A DNA stretch of 45,846 nt from Bdellovibrionales bacterium (GTDB lineage Bacteria > Bdellovibrionota > Bdellovibrionia > Bdellovibrionales > Bdellovibrionaceae), in NCBI GenBank assembly GCA_031370005.1, contig JANMPT010000016.1, positions 1 through 45,846 on the forward strand, given 5' to 3'. The notes under the pieces were generated by a model. That model saw only the letters and a program-made list of their open reading frames with translations. It ran no database searches and was not told where the DNA came from. The position numbers and the translations under genes were made by a program. Below are positions 17,210 to 27,063 of this stretch, piece by piece. Numbering within the stretch: the stretch's first letter is position 1; every line of letters starts with the position of its first letter.

Positions 17210-18507
17210 TGAGCCCTTCTACTATGGAAATCCTTGGTACGGTGATTTTTGCTATCGCCATTTTACATACTTTTTTGGTTCAAAAAATATTGAATTGGTC
17301 TCATAACTTTTCCAAAGATTCCTTGTGGGGCGGTTTTTTACATTTGATGTCAGAAATTGAAATTGTCTTTGGGGTCTGGGCGGCAGTTTTTTTGATATTA
17401 ATGACAATTATAGATGGTGGTCAGGTCGCTGTAAATTATCAAGAGAGGTTAAGTTTTAAGGAGCCTCTTTTTGTTTTTTGCATCATGGTAATTACGTCCA
17501 CACGTCCAGTGCTTGCAGTGGCTGGCAGTGGAATTCAGTTTATCAGTATTTTATTAAGGAAAATTTTTAAAACTCCAGAAAAAATTACTGATATTTTTGT
17601 GGTTCTGACTTTAGGTCCACTGAGTGGTGGCTTCATCACTGAACCCGCAGCGATGACCTTGACGGCACTTTTACTGGCGTCCATGTTTCATAGTCCCCCA
17701 GAGCGTTTGGCTTATTTTTTAATGGCCGTTCTTTTTGTCAACGTCTCTGTCGGAGGAGCATTAACCCCCTATGCAGCTCCGCCGATTTTAATGGTTGCGA
17801 CACGTTGGGGTTGGGATTTTAATTTTGTTTTTCAGCATTTTGGCTTAAAAAGTATTCTCATAACCGTGATCAATGCCTTTTTCCTAGTTTTATATTTCCG
17901 CAAAGATATTCAGCAATTTTGTTATAGCCTTTTGGAAGCCAATAAAAAGCAAGAAACCCGCGGGGCGCAAATCCCTTTTGGCGTGAGTATTTTGCATTTG
18001 GCTTTTTTGCTGATGATTATTCTGATGGCTCACTATCAAAGTGTCTTCATGGGAGTTTTCTTGTTTTTCTTGGGTCTTACGAATGCAACGAAGCATTACC
18101 AAGACCGACTGCGTTTGCGGGAGAGCCTGCTTGTTGCTTTTTTCTTGGGGGGAATTATTGTCTTCGGACCATTTCAAAAGTGGTGGCTAGAGCCTTTACT
18201 GTCATCAATGTCCAATGTGACGCTTTTTAAAGGTGCGACATTGTTAACGGCCATCACTGATAATGCCGCATTGACATACTTAGGCTCACAGGTGCCAACT
18301 CTCTCAGAGGCATCTCGTTATGCCTTGGTGGCAGGAGCTATTGCGGGTGGCGGATTGACGGTGATTGCAAATGCGCCAAATCCGGCGGGCTTTAGTATTT
18401 TGAATCATAAGTTTCCAGGTGGGAACGTCAACCCCTTGAAGCTTTTTGCTGCCGCAATTATTCCGACAATTGTTGCAGCTACTTGTCTATGGTTATTACC
18501 ACATTAG
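17209..18507 (+). CDS. putative Na+/H+ antiporter (DUF1504/PF07399-like)
   Basis: EIEIVFGVW, ITEPAAMT, NVSVGGALTPYAAPP, TDNAALTYL, GGGLTVIANAPNPAG; many TM segments. Confidence 0.8.
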   Translation: MSPSTMEILGTVIFAIAILHTFLVQKILNWSHNFSKDSLWGGFLHLMSEIEIVFGVWAAVFLILMTIIDGGQVAVNYQERLSFKEPLFVFCIMVITSTRPVLAVAGSGIQFISILLRKIFKTPEKITDIFVVLTLGPLSGGFITEPAAMTLTALLLASMFHSPPERLAYFLMAVLFVNVSVGGALTPYAAPPILMVATRWGWDFNFVFQHFGLKSILITVINAFFLVLYFRKDIQQFCYSLLEANKKQETRGAQIPFGVSILHLAFLLMIILMAHYQSVFMGVFLFFLGLTNATKHYQDRLRLRESLLVAFFLGGIIVFGPFQKWWLEPLLSSMSNVTLFKGATLLTAITDNAALTYLGSQVPTLSEASRYALVAGAIAGGGLTVIANAPNPAGFSILNHKFPGGNVNPLKLFAAAIIPTIVAATCLWLLPH

Positions 18508-18518
18508 TATTTGTGAAT

Positions 18519-18552
18519 AAAAAAAAGGGAACTCCAAAGAGCTCCCTTTTTT
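18519..18552. terminator. bidirectional intrinsic terminator
   Basis: A8-GGGAACTC-CAAA-GAGCTCCC-T6 between convergent genes. Confidence 0.8.
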
Positions 18553-18576
18553 AGCTATTAGCCAGCGTAACTAAAA

Positions 18577-18783
18577 TTATTTAGTTGCAGGAGCTTCAGC
18601 AGCACCTTTTTTGTGGCCTTTTTTCTTAGCGTGCTTTTTGCCTTCTTCTTTTTTAGCTTCTGGAGCTGGAGTAGCAGTAGCTGAAACAGCAGGAGCTGAG
18701 TGATCAGCAGGAGCTGAATGTTCTTCAGCGTGAGCAACAACACCAGCAAAAGCAAGAGCGATAACGATAGATACGATTTTCAT
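18577..18783 (-). CDS. small secreted Ala/Lys/His-rich protein (Asr-like)
   Basis: RBS GGAGG; signal peptide ending AHA; HSAPA twice; KKHAKKKGHKK. Confidence 0.8.
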   Translation of the reverse strand: MKIVSIVIALAFAGVVAHAEEHSAPADHSAPAVSATATPAPEAKKEEGKKHAKKKGHKKGAAEAPATK

Positions 18784-18882
18784 AGAGCCTCCAAGTGGTC
18801 TATTTGTTTGTTATTGTTTGTTATGTACTTCAGAACTTAGTTCCTGAAAACATCACTAGAATATCAAAGGGACATAAAACTA

Positions 18883-18900
18883 AGATTAAAGAGAGATTAA
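18883..18900 (-). promoter_or_regulatory. OmpR/PhoB-type direct-repeat box
   Basis: Minus strand TTAATCT-N4-TTAATCT (11-bp period), then a TATTCT -10 element 19 nt further on, upstream of the small secreted protein. Confidence 0.5.
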
Positions 18901-20363
18901 TTATTCTTAATCTCAAAATGAAATCGGGCGCCGTTTTCTAAGTTTTTTTCAGCATATAGCTTGGCTTGATGAAGTATGGCTATCTTTTGAGCAATTGCCA
19001 AGCCCAAGCCAAAGCCTTTAGTCTTGTGCTCAACCTCGGCTCCTCGGCTAAATCTTTCAAAAATAAGTGGCAATTGATCTGCAGAAATGCCAGGCCCGTT
19101 ATCAGCAACAAGAATCTCGCTGGTATCCCGGCTCCATTTCAAGCTTATCATGATCATTTCATTTAGGGGTGAGTACTTAATGCTGTTTTCAATCACGTTT
19201 ACCAATAGATTCAGTAAAAGGTCGTAATCGCCACGGACTGCTTTACGGCCCTCGGCTTCGTCCAGGATATCAAATTTGATGCGGATATTTTTACTGTTTG
19301 CAATTTTCTCAACTCGGCCAATGGCTTCAAAAACTAATTCATCTAGATAAATTTCCTGTAAATTTAGTCCGCCTTGTCCTGAGTCCACTCGAGCTAATAG
19401 CAGCATGTCCTTGACGATTTTTGCAAGGCTATCAATTTCTTGGAGTGTGCTTTTTAGGAAGCCTTCAAATTCTTCCTTGTTGAAGTCTTGCTTTTGCAGA
19501 ACTTCAAGCTCGCCTTTCATGATCGCTAGAGGCGTTAGCAACTGATGAGACGCATCGGCGACGAAGCGCTCTTGGCTCTGAAATGCTTGATGGATGCGCT
19601 CCAACATCTCATTCAAAGTAAGCGATAGTTTTTTAATCTCATCATTGGCTTCAGGTACGGGAACTCTTTGATCAAGCTCGCTGGCATCGATCCCTTGGGC
19701 TATTTGGATCATATGCTTCACTGGAGCAAGCGCCCTTGAAGAGAAAAAAAGTCCGCCTAGGGTCGCAAAAAGAAGCACTAGAGGGATGCCAATCTGCAAA
19801 AGAGTCAGGCGATTGCTGATCTGGGTCTCCAACAAGGTGAGCGGAACTGCGATTTGCAAAATAACTTGAGGATGGGTGGAGTTGTCCAATGGAAAGCTGA
19901 TCAGGCGATAAGTATCGGCCTCGGCTGAGGGAATTTTACTGATATTAGAGATTGTGCGGTAGGTGGCTTCCTCGCCTTTTGAAAGTCGCTCGAGGTCTTT
20001 TTTAAATGGAGGATTAAAGTCACCAAAGTCCCCCACTCGGGCAAGGACTGTGCCTGAGGTATGGACGACTTGAATCAAGGCAGTGCCGAGCGGAAATGGG
20101 AGGACCTTTCCCGTATCCAGTCGGAGGGGCGGAAAGTTTAAATCCCCTTTGACTCCGATCTCAATTGATTGGGAAACATCAACGGCGTAGTTAAAAAGAG
20201 CATCGTCAAAATCCTGTTGCAAAGTTTGGATCATGAATAGAAATAGGAACGTATTAAAGATAACTGTCGATGCTCCGAAAATGACGACAAAAATCAAGGT
20301 CAAGCGCAGGCGAATGCTGATTTTTCGAAATGGTTTAAAGATTTTCTTTGAGAACGTAGCCAA
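18897..20363 (-). CDS. sensor histidine kinase (2 TM, HAMP, HisKA, HATPase; CusS/ArlS-like)
   Basis: H-box FVADASHQLLTPL, N-box NVIENSIKYS, DNGPGI, GFGLGLAI. Confidence 0.95.
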   Translation of the reverse strand: MATFSKKIFKPFRKISIRLRLTLIFVVIFGASTVIFNTFLFLFMIQTLQQDFDDALFNYAVDVSQSIEIGVKGDLNFPPLRLDTGKVLPFPLGTALIQVVHTSGTVLARVGDFGDFNPPFKKDLERLSKGEEATYRTISNISKIPSAEADTYRLISFPLDNSTHPQVILQIAVPLTLLETQISNRLTLLQIGIPLVLLFATLGGLFFSSRALAPVKHMIQIAQGIDASELDQRVPVPEANDEIKKLSLTLNEMLERIHQAFQSQERFVADASHQLLTPLAIMKGELEVLQKQDFNKEEFEGFLKSTLQEIDSLAKIVKDMLLLARVDSGQGGLNLQEIYLDELVFEAIGRVEKIANSKNIRIKFDILDEAEGRKAVRGDYDLLLNLLVNVIENSIKYSPLNEMIMISLKWSRDTSEILVADNGPGISADQLPLIFERFSRGAEVEHKTKGFGLGLAIAQKIAILHQAKLYAEKNLENGARFHFEIKNN

Positions 20364-21021
20364 CGCCTACCACCGTGTGGATGAGTTTTTTACTAAAAGG
20401 CGCATCTATTTTTTTACGTAGCATGTTGATATATACATCAATTACATTACTTTCAGAATCAAAATGAATATCCCAAACATGTTCGGCAATAGAAACTCGC
20501 CCTAAAGGGCGCTCGGCATTTCGCAAAAGATACTCCAGCAAAGAAAATTCCTTCGTTGTGAGGCTGAGTTCCTGGCCAGATCTGCGAACTTTGCGGTGCA
20601 AAAGATCGAGTACTAAATCAGAATACTGCAGAAGCGAGTTGCTGCCGCTCGTGGCTGCGGAGGACTTGCGACGAAAGAGCGCGCGAACTCGAGCCAAGAG
20701 TTCATCAAAGGAGTATGGTTTTGTTAAATAGTCATCTGCTCCTGCATCTAAACCCATGATTTTATCTTTGGTCGTTGAAAGAGCTGTAAGCATCAAGATC
20801 GGCCCTTCGTAGCCGTCACGGCGCAGGTTGCGGGCAGTATCAATGCCATTTTGATCTGGCAGCATAACATCTAAAATTACAAGATCGTATTCGCCTTGAG
20901 CCATGAAGGACTCTGCAGAAGTTCCACTTTCGGCAATATCAACGGCATATCCGACCTCGTTGAGGCCCTTTTTGAGAAAATTTGCCATTTTCACCTGATC
21001 TTCAACAACAAGAATACGCAT
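20335..21021 (-). CDS. OmpR-family response regulator (CusR/CzcR-like)
   Basis: MRILVVED, LDVMLP, GADDYLTKP, LTTKEFSLL, NVIDVYINMLRKKID, HTVVGVGY. Confidence 0.95.
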   Translation of the reverse strand: MRILVVEDQVKMANFLKKGLNEVGYAVDIAESGTSAESFMAQGEYDLVILDVMLPDQNGIDTARNLRRDGYEGPILMLTALSTTKDKIMGLDAGADDYLTKPYSFDELLARVRALFRRKSSAATSGSNSLLQYSDLVLDLLHRKVRRSGQELSLTTKEFSLLEYLLRNAERPLGRVSIAEHVWDIHFDSESNVIDVYINMLRKKIDAPFSKKLIHTVVGVGYVLKENL

Positions 21022-21054
21022 GTTAACTTCCGATTGGTTGGAACCCCTAGAAAC

Positions 21055-21420
21055 TTAAAACTGCCACTCGGGATGAGATTTAGCGGAACTTTCAGATTCT
21101 TCAACGGATTTTATACGCTGCTGATCATCAATGCTGATAGTCACAGCTGGGCCCCCTGGTTTTTGGCTTTTTTGGAGGGATTTAAGTATCTTTGCTCGGT
21201 TTTTAAGGCCTTGGGGAAGGACATAGGGTCCGCTATTTCCCTTGGTTTCGATAAAGACCTCTGTCTCCTCTTGAATTTCACGAACAGTCTTAACCTTTCC
21301 ACTGATTGAGTTTTCGCTTTCTTGCTTTTCGTAGAGGTTGGTATTGAGTTTACTTTTTTGAGCAAGGGAAGCCTGTGGTAAGCACAACGACAGGGCAAAA
21401 ATTATAATAGATATCTTCAT
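21055..21420 (-). CDS. small secreted hypothetical protein (possible OB fold)
   Basis: RBS GGAGG; signal peptide ending SLA; beta-rich ISGKVKTVRE...EVFIE...VTISID. Confidence 0.7.
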   Translation of the reverse strand: MKISIIIFALSLCLPQASLAQKSKLNTNLYEKQESENSISGKVKTVREIQEETEVFIETKGNSGPYVLPQGLKNRAKILKSLQKSQKPGGPAVTISIDDQQRIKSVEESESSAKSHPEWQF

Positions 21421-21503
21421 GGGTCCTCCGCATCTTGGGTAACAGCTCTATTCTGCCAGATTTAAATTGCAGTGCAATATGTGAGTGGCTAGAATACGCC
21501 ATT

Positions 21504-22565
21504 ATGAGCTCAGAACGCATGGCCCTTACTCAAACCGTCCAAAAGGGCGGGTGTGCCGCGAAAGTGGCGGCATCCGAACTTCGTAAAATCCTTTCTCAGG
21601 TGAAATTTCCCCAGGCTCATTCTGCCTTGCTTGTGGATGGAGGCTTGTTTGATGACGCCGCTATCTACAAAGTCAGTGAAGAGATTGCTTTGGTGCAAAC
21701 TTTGGACTTTTTCACTCCGATTGTCGATACTCCAAAGCTCTTTGGTCGAATTGCAGCAGCAAATTCTTTGAGCGATGTATACGCCATGGGAGGGCGGCCT
21801 AAGACTGCCATGGGTATTTTGGCCTTTCCCATAGCAACGCTTCCAAGTTCAGTAATTGTGGATGTGATGCAAGGGGCGAGCGATGTAATTGCTGAAGCCC
21901 AAGCAAATTTTGTAGGTGGTCACTCTATTGATGATGAAACTTTAAAGTTTGGTCTTTCAGTGACAGGTTTTGTTCACCCCGAGAAAATGTGGTCCAATAC
22001 CAGGGCGCAAGCGGGTGATATTTTAATTCTTACAAAGGCTCTCGGGACTGGGGCGATGACGGCAGCTCTGAAACGTCAAGAAGTCAGTGAGGATGATATC
22101 CTTGAGGCCACTGACAGCATGAGCATGTTAAATAATATCATCGATTTCTTATCTGAAGATTCGCTCGCAGCCATTCATGCTGCTACGGATATTACTGGTT
22201 TTGGTCTGTCAGGACATAGTATGCAACTTGCAAAAGCCAGCCAAGTTCGCTTGAGAATGAATTTTTCGGCTCTGCCAAAATTCGCCCGAAGTCTTGAGTT
22301 TTTAGAAAAAGGTTTTTTAACCAAAGCGCATGGAAGCAATGCCCTTTATACTGAAGGAGCTGTGGATCTGAGAATTTTATCAGACCTCCAAAAGCTTTTG
22401 GTCCATGATCCGCAAACTAGCGGTGGCCTGCTACTTTCCGTCAAAAAAACCAAGGCGGCGCAAATTCTATGTCAACTTCAAGGAAGTTTTGTGAAAAGCG
22501 CCATTATCGGCGAAGTTCTGCCCCCTTTGGTATCGGCGGCTGATGCTGTGGTGATTTTTGAGTAA
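21504..22565 (+). CDS. selD: selenide, water dikinase (Cys form)
   Basis: KGGCAAK (TGT codon), DDAAIY, QTLDFFTP, AANSLSDVYAMGG, GGHSI, TDITGFGL, DPQTSGGLL. Start at 21504 or 21519. Confidence 0.95.
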   Translation: MSSERMALTQTVQKGGCAAKVAASELRKILSQVKFPQAHSALLVDGGLFDDAAIYKVSEEIALVQTLDFFTPIVDTPKLFGRIAAANSLSDVYAMGGRPKTAMGILAFPIATLPSSVIVDVMQGASDVIAEAQANFVGGHSIDDETLKFGLSVTGFVHPEKMWSNTRAQAGDILILTKALGTGAMTAALKRQEVSEDDILEATDSMSMLNNIIDFLSEDSLAAIHAATDITGFGLSGHSMQLAKASQVRLRMNFSALPKFARSLEFLEKGFLTKAHGSNALYTEGAVDLRILSDLQKLLVHDPQTSGGLLLSVKKTKAAQILCQLQGSFVKSAIIGEVLPPLVSAADAVVIFE

Positions 22566-23673
22566 TATTCAAGAGATTGAACTCCGTGATTTGTTTCTTA
22601 AGGAGAGCCCTTTGATTGACGTCAGGGCGCCGGCAGAATTCGCTCAGGGCTCACTTCCTGGAGCTATAAACCGCCCCATTATGAATGATGAAGAGCGGGC
22701 TCGTGTGGGAACAGCTTATAAAACCTTAGGGCGGGAAAAGGCCGAGGCCTTAGGTTATGAGTTGGTCTCCGGTGAGGTGAAAGAGGCCCGAGTTCATGCC
22801 TGGATGGCGCAGACCAAAAAAAATTCGCAGACGGCGATTTACTGTTTCCGAGGGGGGCTGCGCTCGCAAATCACTCAAAGCTGGTTAAAAGATCAAGGAG
22901 TTGAGATCCCTTTGATTGTTGGTGGCTACAAAAAAGCCCGTCATTTTTTAATGGATGAAATCGAACGGTTTTCGCAAAACTCAGAATTTATGTTACTAAC
23001 AGGGCCTACTGGGAGTGCAAAGACGCAGATTCTTAAAAAAGCCTCTGAATTCTATCCATGTTTGGATCTTGAGGGTCTTGCTCATCATCGAGGATCGGCC
23101 TTTGGTGCCTGGCAGATTCCTCAGCCTTCGCAAATTGACTTTGAAAATCGCTTGGCTGTGGGTTTATTGAAGCTTCAAGCGAGATTTCCGCAGAACTTGA
23201 TGCTGCTGCTTGAAGACGAAAGCCGGATGATCGGGCGCTGTACCTTGCCTGAGAACTTTTTCTCAAGAATGCGGGTTTCGCCTGTGATTCATGTGGATGA
23301 GGCTTTCGAGCAAAGAGTAGAGAATATCTATCAAGATTATGTGGTAGACACTGCAATTGCGAAGGGCTCAGAGCCTGAGGCGCTGAGGGTTTTTGGGGGT
23401 TATCGCCATGCGGCCCAGACAATTTCACGGAAGCTCGGTGGTGCTAGAACTCAGGAAGTGCTGCAAGATTTAGCATTTTCTGAACAGGCCTACTTGGAGG
23501 GGCGGGGCTTAGAGTCTAATAAGGCATGGATCGCAAAGCTCTTGAGTTTCTATTATGATCCTCTCTATGCGAAGAGTTTGGCGGTTCGACAGCCTAAAAT
23601 TCTTTTTCGAGGCAGCTTTTTGGAAGTTCTTGTCGAACTTCAGAAATCTTCGCGCGGGATGTTAAGTCTTTGA
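22558..23673 (+). CDS. selU: tRNA 2-selenouridine synthase
   Basis: Rhodanese domain IDVRAPAEF, CFRGGLRS; P-loop GPTGSAKT; LEGLAHHRGSAFG; EDESRMIG; adjacent to selD. Confidence 0.95.
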   Translation: MSNIQEIELRDLFLKESPLIDVRAPAEFAQGSLPGAINRPIMNDEERARVGTAYKTLGREKAEALGYELVSGEVKEARVHAWMAQTKKNSQTAIYCFRGGLRSQITQSWLKDQGVEIPLIVGGYKKARHFLMDEIERFSQNSEFMLLTGPTGSAKTQILKKASEFYPCLDLEGLAHHRGSAFGAWQIPQPSQIDFENRLAVGLLKLQARFPQNLMLLLEDESRMIGRCTLPENFFSRMRVSPVIHVDEAFEQRVENIYQDYVVDTAIAKGSEPEALRVFGGYRHAAQTISRKLGGARTQEVLQDLAFSEQAYLEGRGLESNKAWIAKLLSFYYDPLYAKSLAVRQPKILFRGSFLEVLVELQKSSRGMLSL

Positions 23674-23732
23674 AAAAAATGAATTCTGTTTAAAGATATA
23701 GAATATTTAAGATTAAAAACTTAACAATAATG

Positions 23733-23767
23733 CTTAGAAATAGAACAAGAACTTAGAAATAGAACAA
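23733..23767 (+). repeat. 16-bp direct repeat in the FKBP gene leader
   Basis: CTTAGAAATAGAACAA at 23733-23748 and 23752-23767. Confidence 0.85.
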
Positions 23768-23778
23768 CAGGAGAATAA

Positions 23779-24510
23779 ATGAAAAAGTTGATTATTGCGG
23801 GTGCCTCTGCGGTCCTTTTTATCGCTGTAGGCTGTACAAAAAAATTGGATACTGATCAAAAAAAAGCTAGCTATGCTATTGGCCAACAAATTGGTGGCAA
23901 TATGAAACAGCAAGACATCGATATTGATTCTGAGATTATGGCAATGGCCATGAAGGATGCGATCAAAGGCGATAGCAAAATGACTAAGGACGAAATTCAG
24001 CAGGCAATGAAGACTCTCCAAGAGTCCGTAATGAAAAAGCAACAAGAGGCCTCTGTTGAGAATAAGAAAAAAGGCACTGACTTTCTTGAGAAAAATAAAA
24101 CTGCCGAAGGCGTAAAGGTAACAGCTTCTGGTTTGCAATACAAAGTTGAAAAAGAAGGCGAAGGCAAAATACCTACTAAAACTGATACTGTAAAGGCTCA
24201 CTACAAAGGGACCTTAATTGATGGAACACAGTTTGATTCTTCTTATGACCGGGGTCAGCCTGCTGAATTCCCAGTTCAGGGAGTCATTCCTGGTTGGTCA
24301 GAAGCTCTTCAATTGATGAAAGTTGGCTCTAAGTACAAGCTTTTCATTCCGCCTGAACTTGCTTATGGAGCCACTGCTCGTCCTGGGATTCCTGCAAACT
24401 CAGTTTTGATTTTTGAAGTTGAATTATTGGATATTGTTAAGCCTGGTTCAGACGCTCATAAAGCCGAAGGCACTAAAGCTGAAGTTAAGCCAAAATCAAA
24501 GAAAAAGTAA
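23779..24510 (+). CDS. fkpA: FKBP-type peptidyl-prolyl isomerase (FkpA/Mip-like lipoprotein)
   Basis: Lipobox AVGC; SYAIG; TASGLQY; HYKGTLIDGTQFDSSYDRG; VIPGWSEAL; IPPELAYG. Confidence 0.92.
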   Translation: MKKLIIAGASAVLFIAVGCTKKLDTDQKKASYAIGQQIGGNMKQQDIDIDSEIMAMAMKDAIKGDSKMTKDEIQQAMKTLQESVMKKQQEASVENKKKGTDFLEKNKTAEGVKVTASGLQYKVEKEGEGKIPTKTDTVKAHYKGTLIDGTQFDSSYDRGQPAEFPVQGVIPGWSEALQLMKVGSKYKLFIPPELAYGATARPGIPANSVLIFEVELLDIVKPGSDAHKAEGTKAEVKPKSKKK

Positions 24511-25109
24511 TGATATTTGACTTTAGTTTAGATCCTTTTTTGCACTTCTCAAACTTCCTTGAGGAGGCTAAAAATCGCGGGGAGCCTGAGCACAATGCTA
24601 TGGCTCTTGCGACTGTAGGAACTGATCTTAAGCCCTCCGTTCGAATTGTTTATTTCAAAGGACTTGTTCGCGGAGGTCTTTCTTTTTACTGCAATTACGA
24701 CTCTACCAAGGCTAAGAATATTGAGCAAAACAATCAGGTTTGCGTGAATTTCTATTATCCAAAAGAGTGGTATCAGATGCGTATTGCTGGCAAAGCTTCG
24801 AAACTGACTCGGGACGAGAGCGCGGCCTATTTTGCAACTCGCAATCGCCTCAGTCAACTCGGCGCTTGGGCTTCAAATCAAAGTCAAGAAATCCCCGGTG
24901 CGGAATATTTTCAAAAGCGGCTGGCTGAATACGAAAAAGCCTATGAAGGGCAAGAAATTCCATGCCCTGAAAATTGGGGTGGCTATCATGTGATCCCAGA
25001 AGAATTTGAATTTTGGTTCGGTCAAGAGGGGCGCCTTCATGGACGCTACATCTATCAACGAGTGGCCTCAGACGTTGGCAAGTGGCGCTGCTTTATGAAG
25101 GCTCCATAA
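24510..25109 (+). CDS. pdxH: pyridoxamine 5'-phosphate oxidase
   Basis: NAMALAT, PSVRIV, SQLGAWASNQS, PENWGGY, EFWFGQEGRLH. Confidence 0.9.
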   Translation: MIFDFSLDPFLHFSNFLEEAKNRGEPEHNAMALATVGTDLKPSVRIVYFKGLVRGGLSFYCNYDSTKAKNIEQNNQVCVNFYYPKEWYQMRIAGKASKLTRDESAAYFATRNRLSQLGAWASNQSQEIPGAEYFQKRLAEYEKAYEGQEIPCPENWGGYHVIPEEFEFWFGQEGRLHGRYIYQRVASDVGKWRCFMKAP

Positions 25110-26209
25110 ACTTTCATGATCTCGGCAGTTATTTTTTCGGTGGAGAACAGTTCTACGGCCATCTTACGTGACTCTTGCCCCATTTTCTTGCAAAGCTCTG
25201 AGTTTGAAATAAGTTTTTCAAGCGCATCAGCTAAGGCTTGCGCATTTTTTATAGGCACTAAAAATCCATTGGATCCTTCTTTAACTGTTGCCCGACATCC
25301 GGGTGCATTGCTTGTGACAATGGGTTTTCCCGCAGCCATTGCCTCAAGTAGGGCCATGGGCAAACCCTCTCGATAAGACGGCAGGCAGGCAATGTCGGCA
25401 GACTTAAGAATTGAAACCATCTCTTTTTGAAATCCCAAAAAGTTCGCAATATTAGAGTGTTTCCACTCGTTGATTTGTGACTCGGAAATAGATCCAGGAT
25501 TTCCGGGATCAATATCTCCGGCAATGACGGCTTCGAACTTAAGATCTTTTTGTTTAAGAATTTGTATGGCATCCATGAATTCGAAAATGCCTTTTTCTAT
25601 CAGCAATCGAGAGGCCAGAAGGATTTTCGGTATGCTATTATGAACGGTGGACGGAGTAAATTTGTAAATATCAACGCCTGAACCTTGGACAAGAAAACAG
25701 CGATCCTGCCGAATGATATGATGCCTGATAAAAAAACTTCTATCGTCTTCATTCTGAAAAATAACTCGTACCCTTGAGCTTGCAAAACAAAAACGATACA
25801 AATTCTTGACCAAAACACCCAAGACTTTGGCTTTTAACGAATTTGAGGTGAAAACGAATCCAAGTCCTGTAATGGAGTTCACGATTTTTGGTACGCCAGC
25901 AAGTCTTGCTGCTAAGCTACCGTAAATGACAGGTTTAATTGTAAAATGGTGGACCAAATCTGGTTTGTTTTCAGAATATAGTCGGTAGTATGCAACAATG
26001 GCGCGAAGCTCAGCAAGCGGATTGATGCCTTTTCGAGTCATGGGAATGCCCAAAAGACTTGGGCTTGGGATTTCTTTCAGCGCGGCTGTAGGGTCCTCAG
26101 AGTCGGGTAAAATCACCTGAACATCATGACTCTCTCTGAGCTTCAAGTACAGGCCGCGTCGATGAGAAATAAATGAGCCCAAAGTGTTTACTGCAAGGAT
26201 GATTTTCAT
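25055..26209 (-). CDS. GT4 glycosyltransferase (CapM/PglA-like)
   Basis: HHFTIKPVIYG, ITGLG, FQNEDD, GSGVD, PSYREGLPMALLEAMAAG. Confidence 0.9.
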   Translation of the reverse strand: MKIILAVNTLGSFISHRRGLYLKLRESHDVQVILPDSEDPTAALKEIPSPSLLGIPMTRKGINPLAELRAIVAYYRLYSENKPDLVHHFTIKPVIYGSLAARLAGVPKIVNSITGLGFVFTSNSLKAKVLGVLVKNLYRFCFASSRVRVIFQNEDDRSFFIRHHIIRQDRCFLVQGSGVDIYKFTPSTVHNSIPKILLASRLLIEKGIFEFMDAIQILKQKDLKFEAVIAGDIDPGNPGSISESQINEWKHSNIANFLGFQKEMVSILKSADIACLPSYREGLPMALLEAMAAGKPIVTSNAPGCRATVKEGSNGFLVPIKNAQALADALEKLISNSELCKKMGQESRKMAVELFSTEKITAEIMKVYGAFIKQRHLPTSEATR

Positions 26210-26295
26210 AGTGTTAAGCTTTAGTTTGAGATAGCTTTTGCGTCAATTAAAGATAATAATCCGGCTTTGTGCTAGATGTAATTTTAGGGGGATCT

Positions 26296-27063
26296 ATGAA
26301 GGCTGTACTTCTTGCCGGTGGCTTGGGGACACGAATTAGCGAAGAGAGTGTTTTGAAGCCAAAACCGATGATTGAAATCGGCGGAAAGCCTATTTTATGG
26401 CATATCATGAAAATGTATGCCGCACATGACGTTAACGAATTTGTTATTTGTTGCGGTTACAAAGCCTATGTCATCAAAGAATATTTTGCGAATTACTTTA
26501 TTCACAACTCTGACATTACTTTCGATGTTAAAAATAATAAAATGGAAATCCATCAAAATAGCGCAGAGCCTTGGAAGGTCACAGTTGTTGATACTGGTGA
26601 AGATACTATGACGGGCGGGCGTTTGAAGCGTGTTGCGCGATATATTGGCAACGAGGACTTTTGTTTTACCTATGGCGATGGTGTTAGTGACGTAAATATC
26701 AGAGCATCCATTGAATTTCATAAATCCCACGGGAAACTTTCAACGATCACAGCCGTTCAACCTCCTGGGCGTTATGGTGCCTTGAAAATGAATGGTAATA
26801 AAGTTGAAAGCTTTATGGAAAAACCAAAAGGTGACGGAGGCGTTATTAATGGCGGTTTTTTTGTTCTCAACAGTAAAGTCATTGAATACATCAAAGAAGA
26901 CTCCACCATTTGGGAAAAAGAACCGATGGAAAAACTTGCAGCCGACGGCCAAATGCAAGCCTTCGTTCATGAGGGCTTTTGGCAGCCCATGGATACCTTA
27001 AGGGATAAGAAGCATCTCGAAGAACTTTGGAGTGCTGGAAAGGCCCCATGGAAAATTTGGTAG
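26296..27063 (+). CDS. rfbF: glucose-1-phosphate cytidylyltransferase
   Basis: [51 protein letters not shown]. Confidence 0.96.
   Translation: MKAVLLAGGLGTRISEESVLKPKPMIEIGGKPILWHIMKMYAAHDVNEFVICCGYKAYVIKEYFANYFIHNSDITFDVKNNKMEIHQNSAEPWKVTVVDTGEDTMTGGRLKRVARYIGNEDFCFTYGDGVSDVNIRASIEFHKSHGKLSTITAVQPPGRYGALKMNGNKVESFMEKPKGDGGVINGGFFVLNSKVIEYIKEDSTIWEKEPMEKLAADGQMQAFVHEGFWQPMDTLRDKKHLEELWSAGKAPWKIW

Noticed and set aside
21435..21570. Selenocysteine recoding in selD
   Set aside because: The active-site codon is TGT (Cys), there is no in-frame TGA, and no selA, selB or selC is in the window. selD-selU is an ordinary selenouridine pair.
23734..24201. 155-aa minus-strand ORF and similar short ORFs opposite well-supported genes
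   Set aside because: Antisense shadows of genes with clear family motifs; no RBS or domain evidence.
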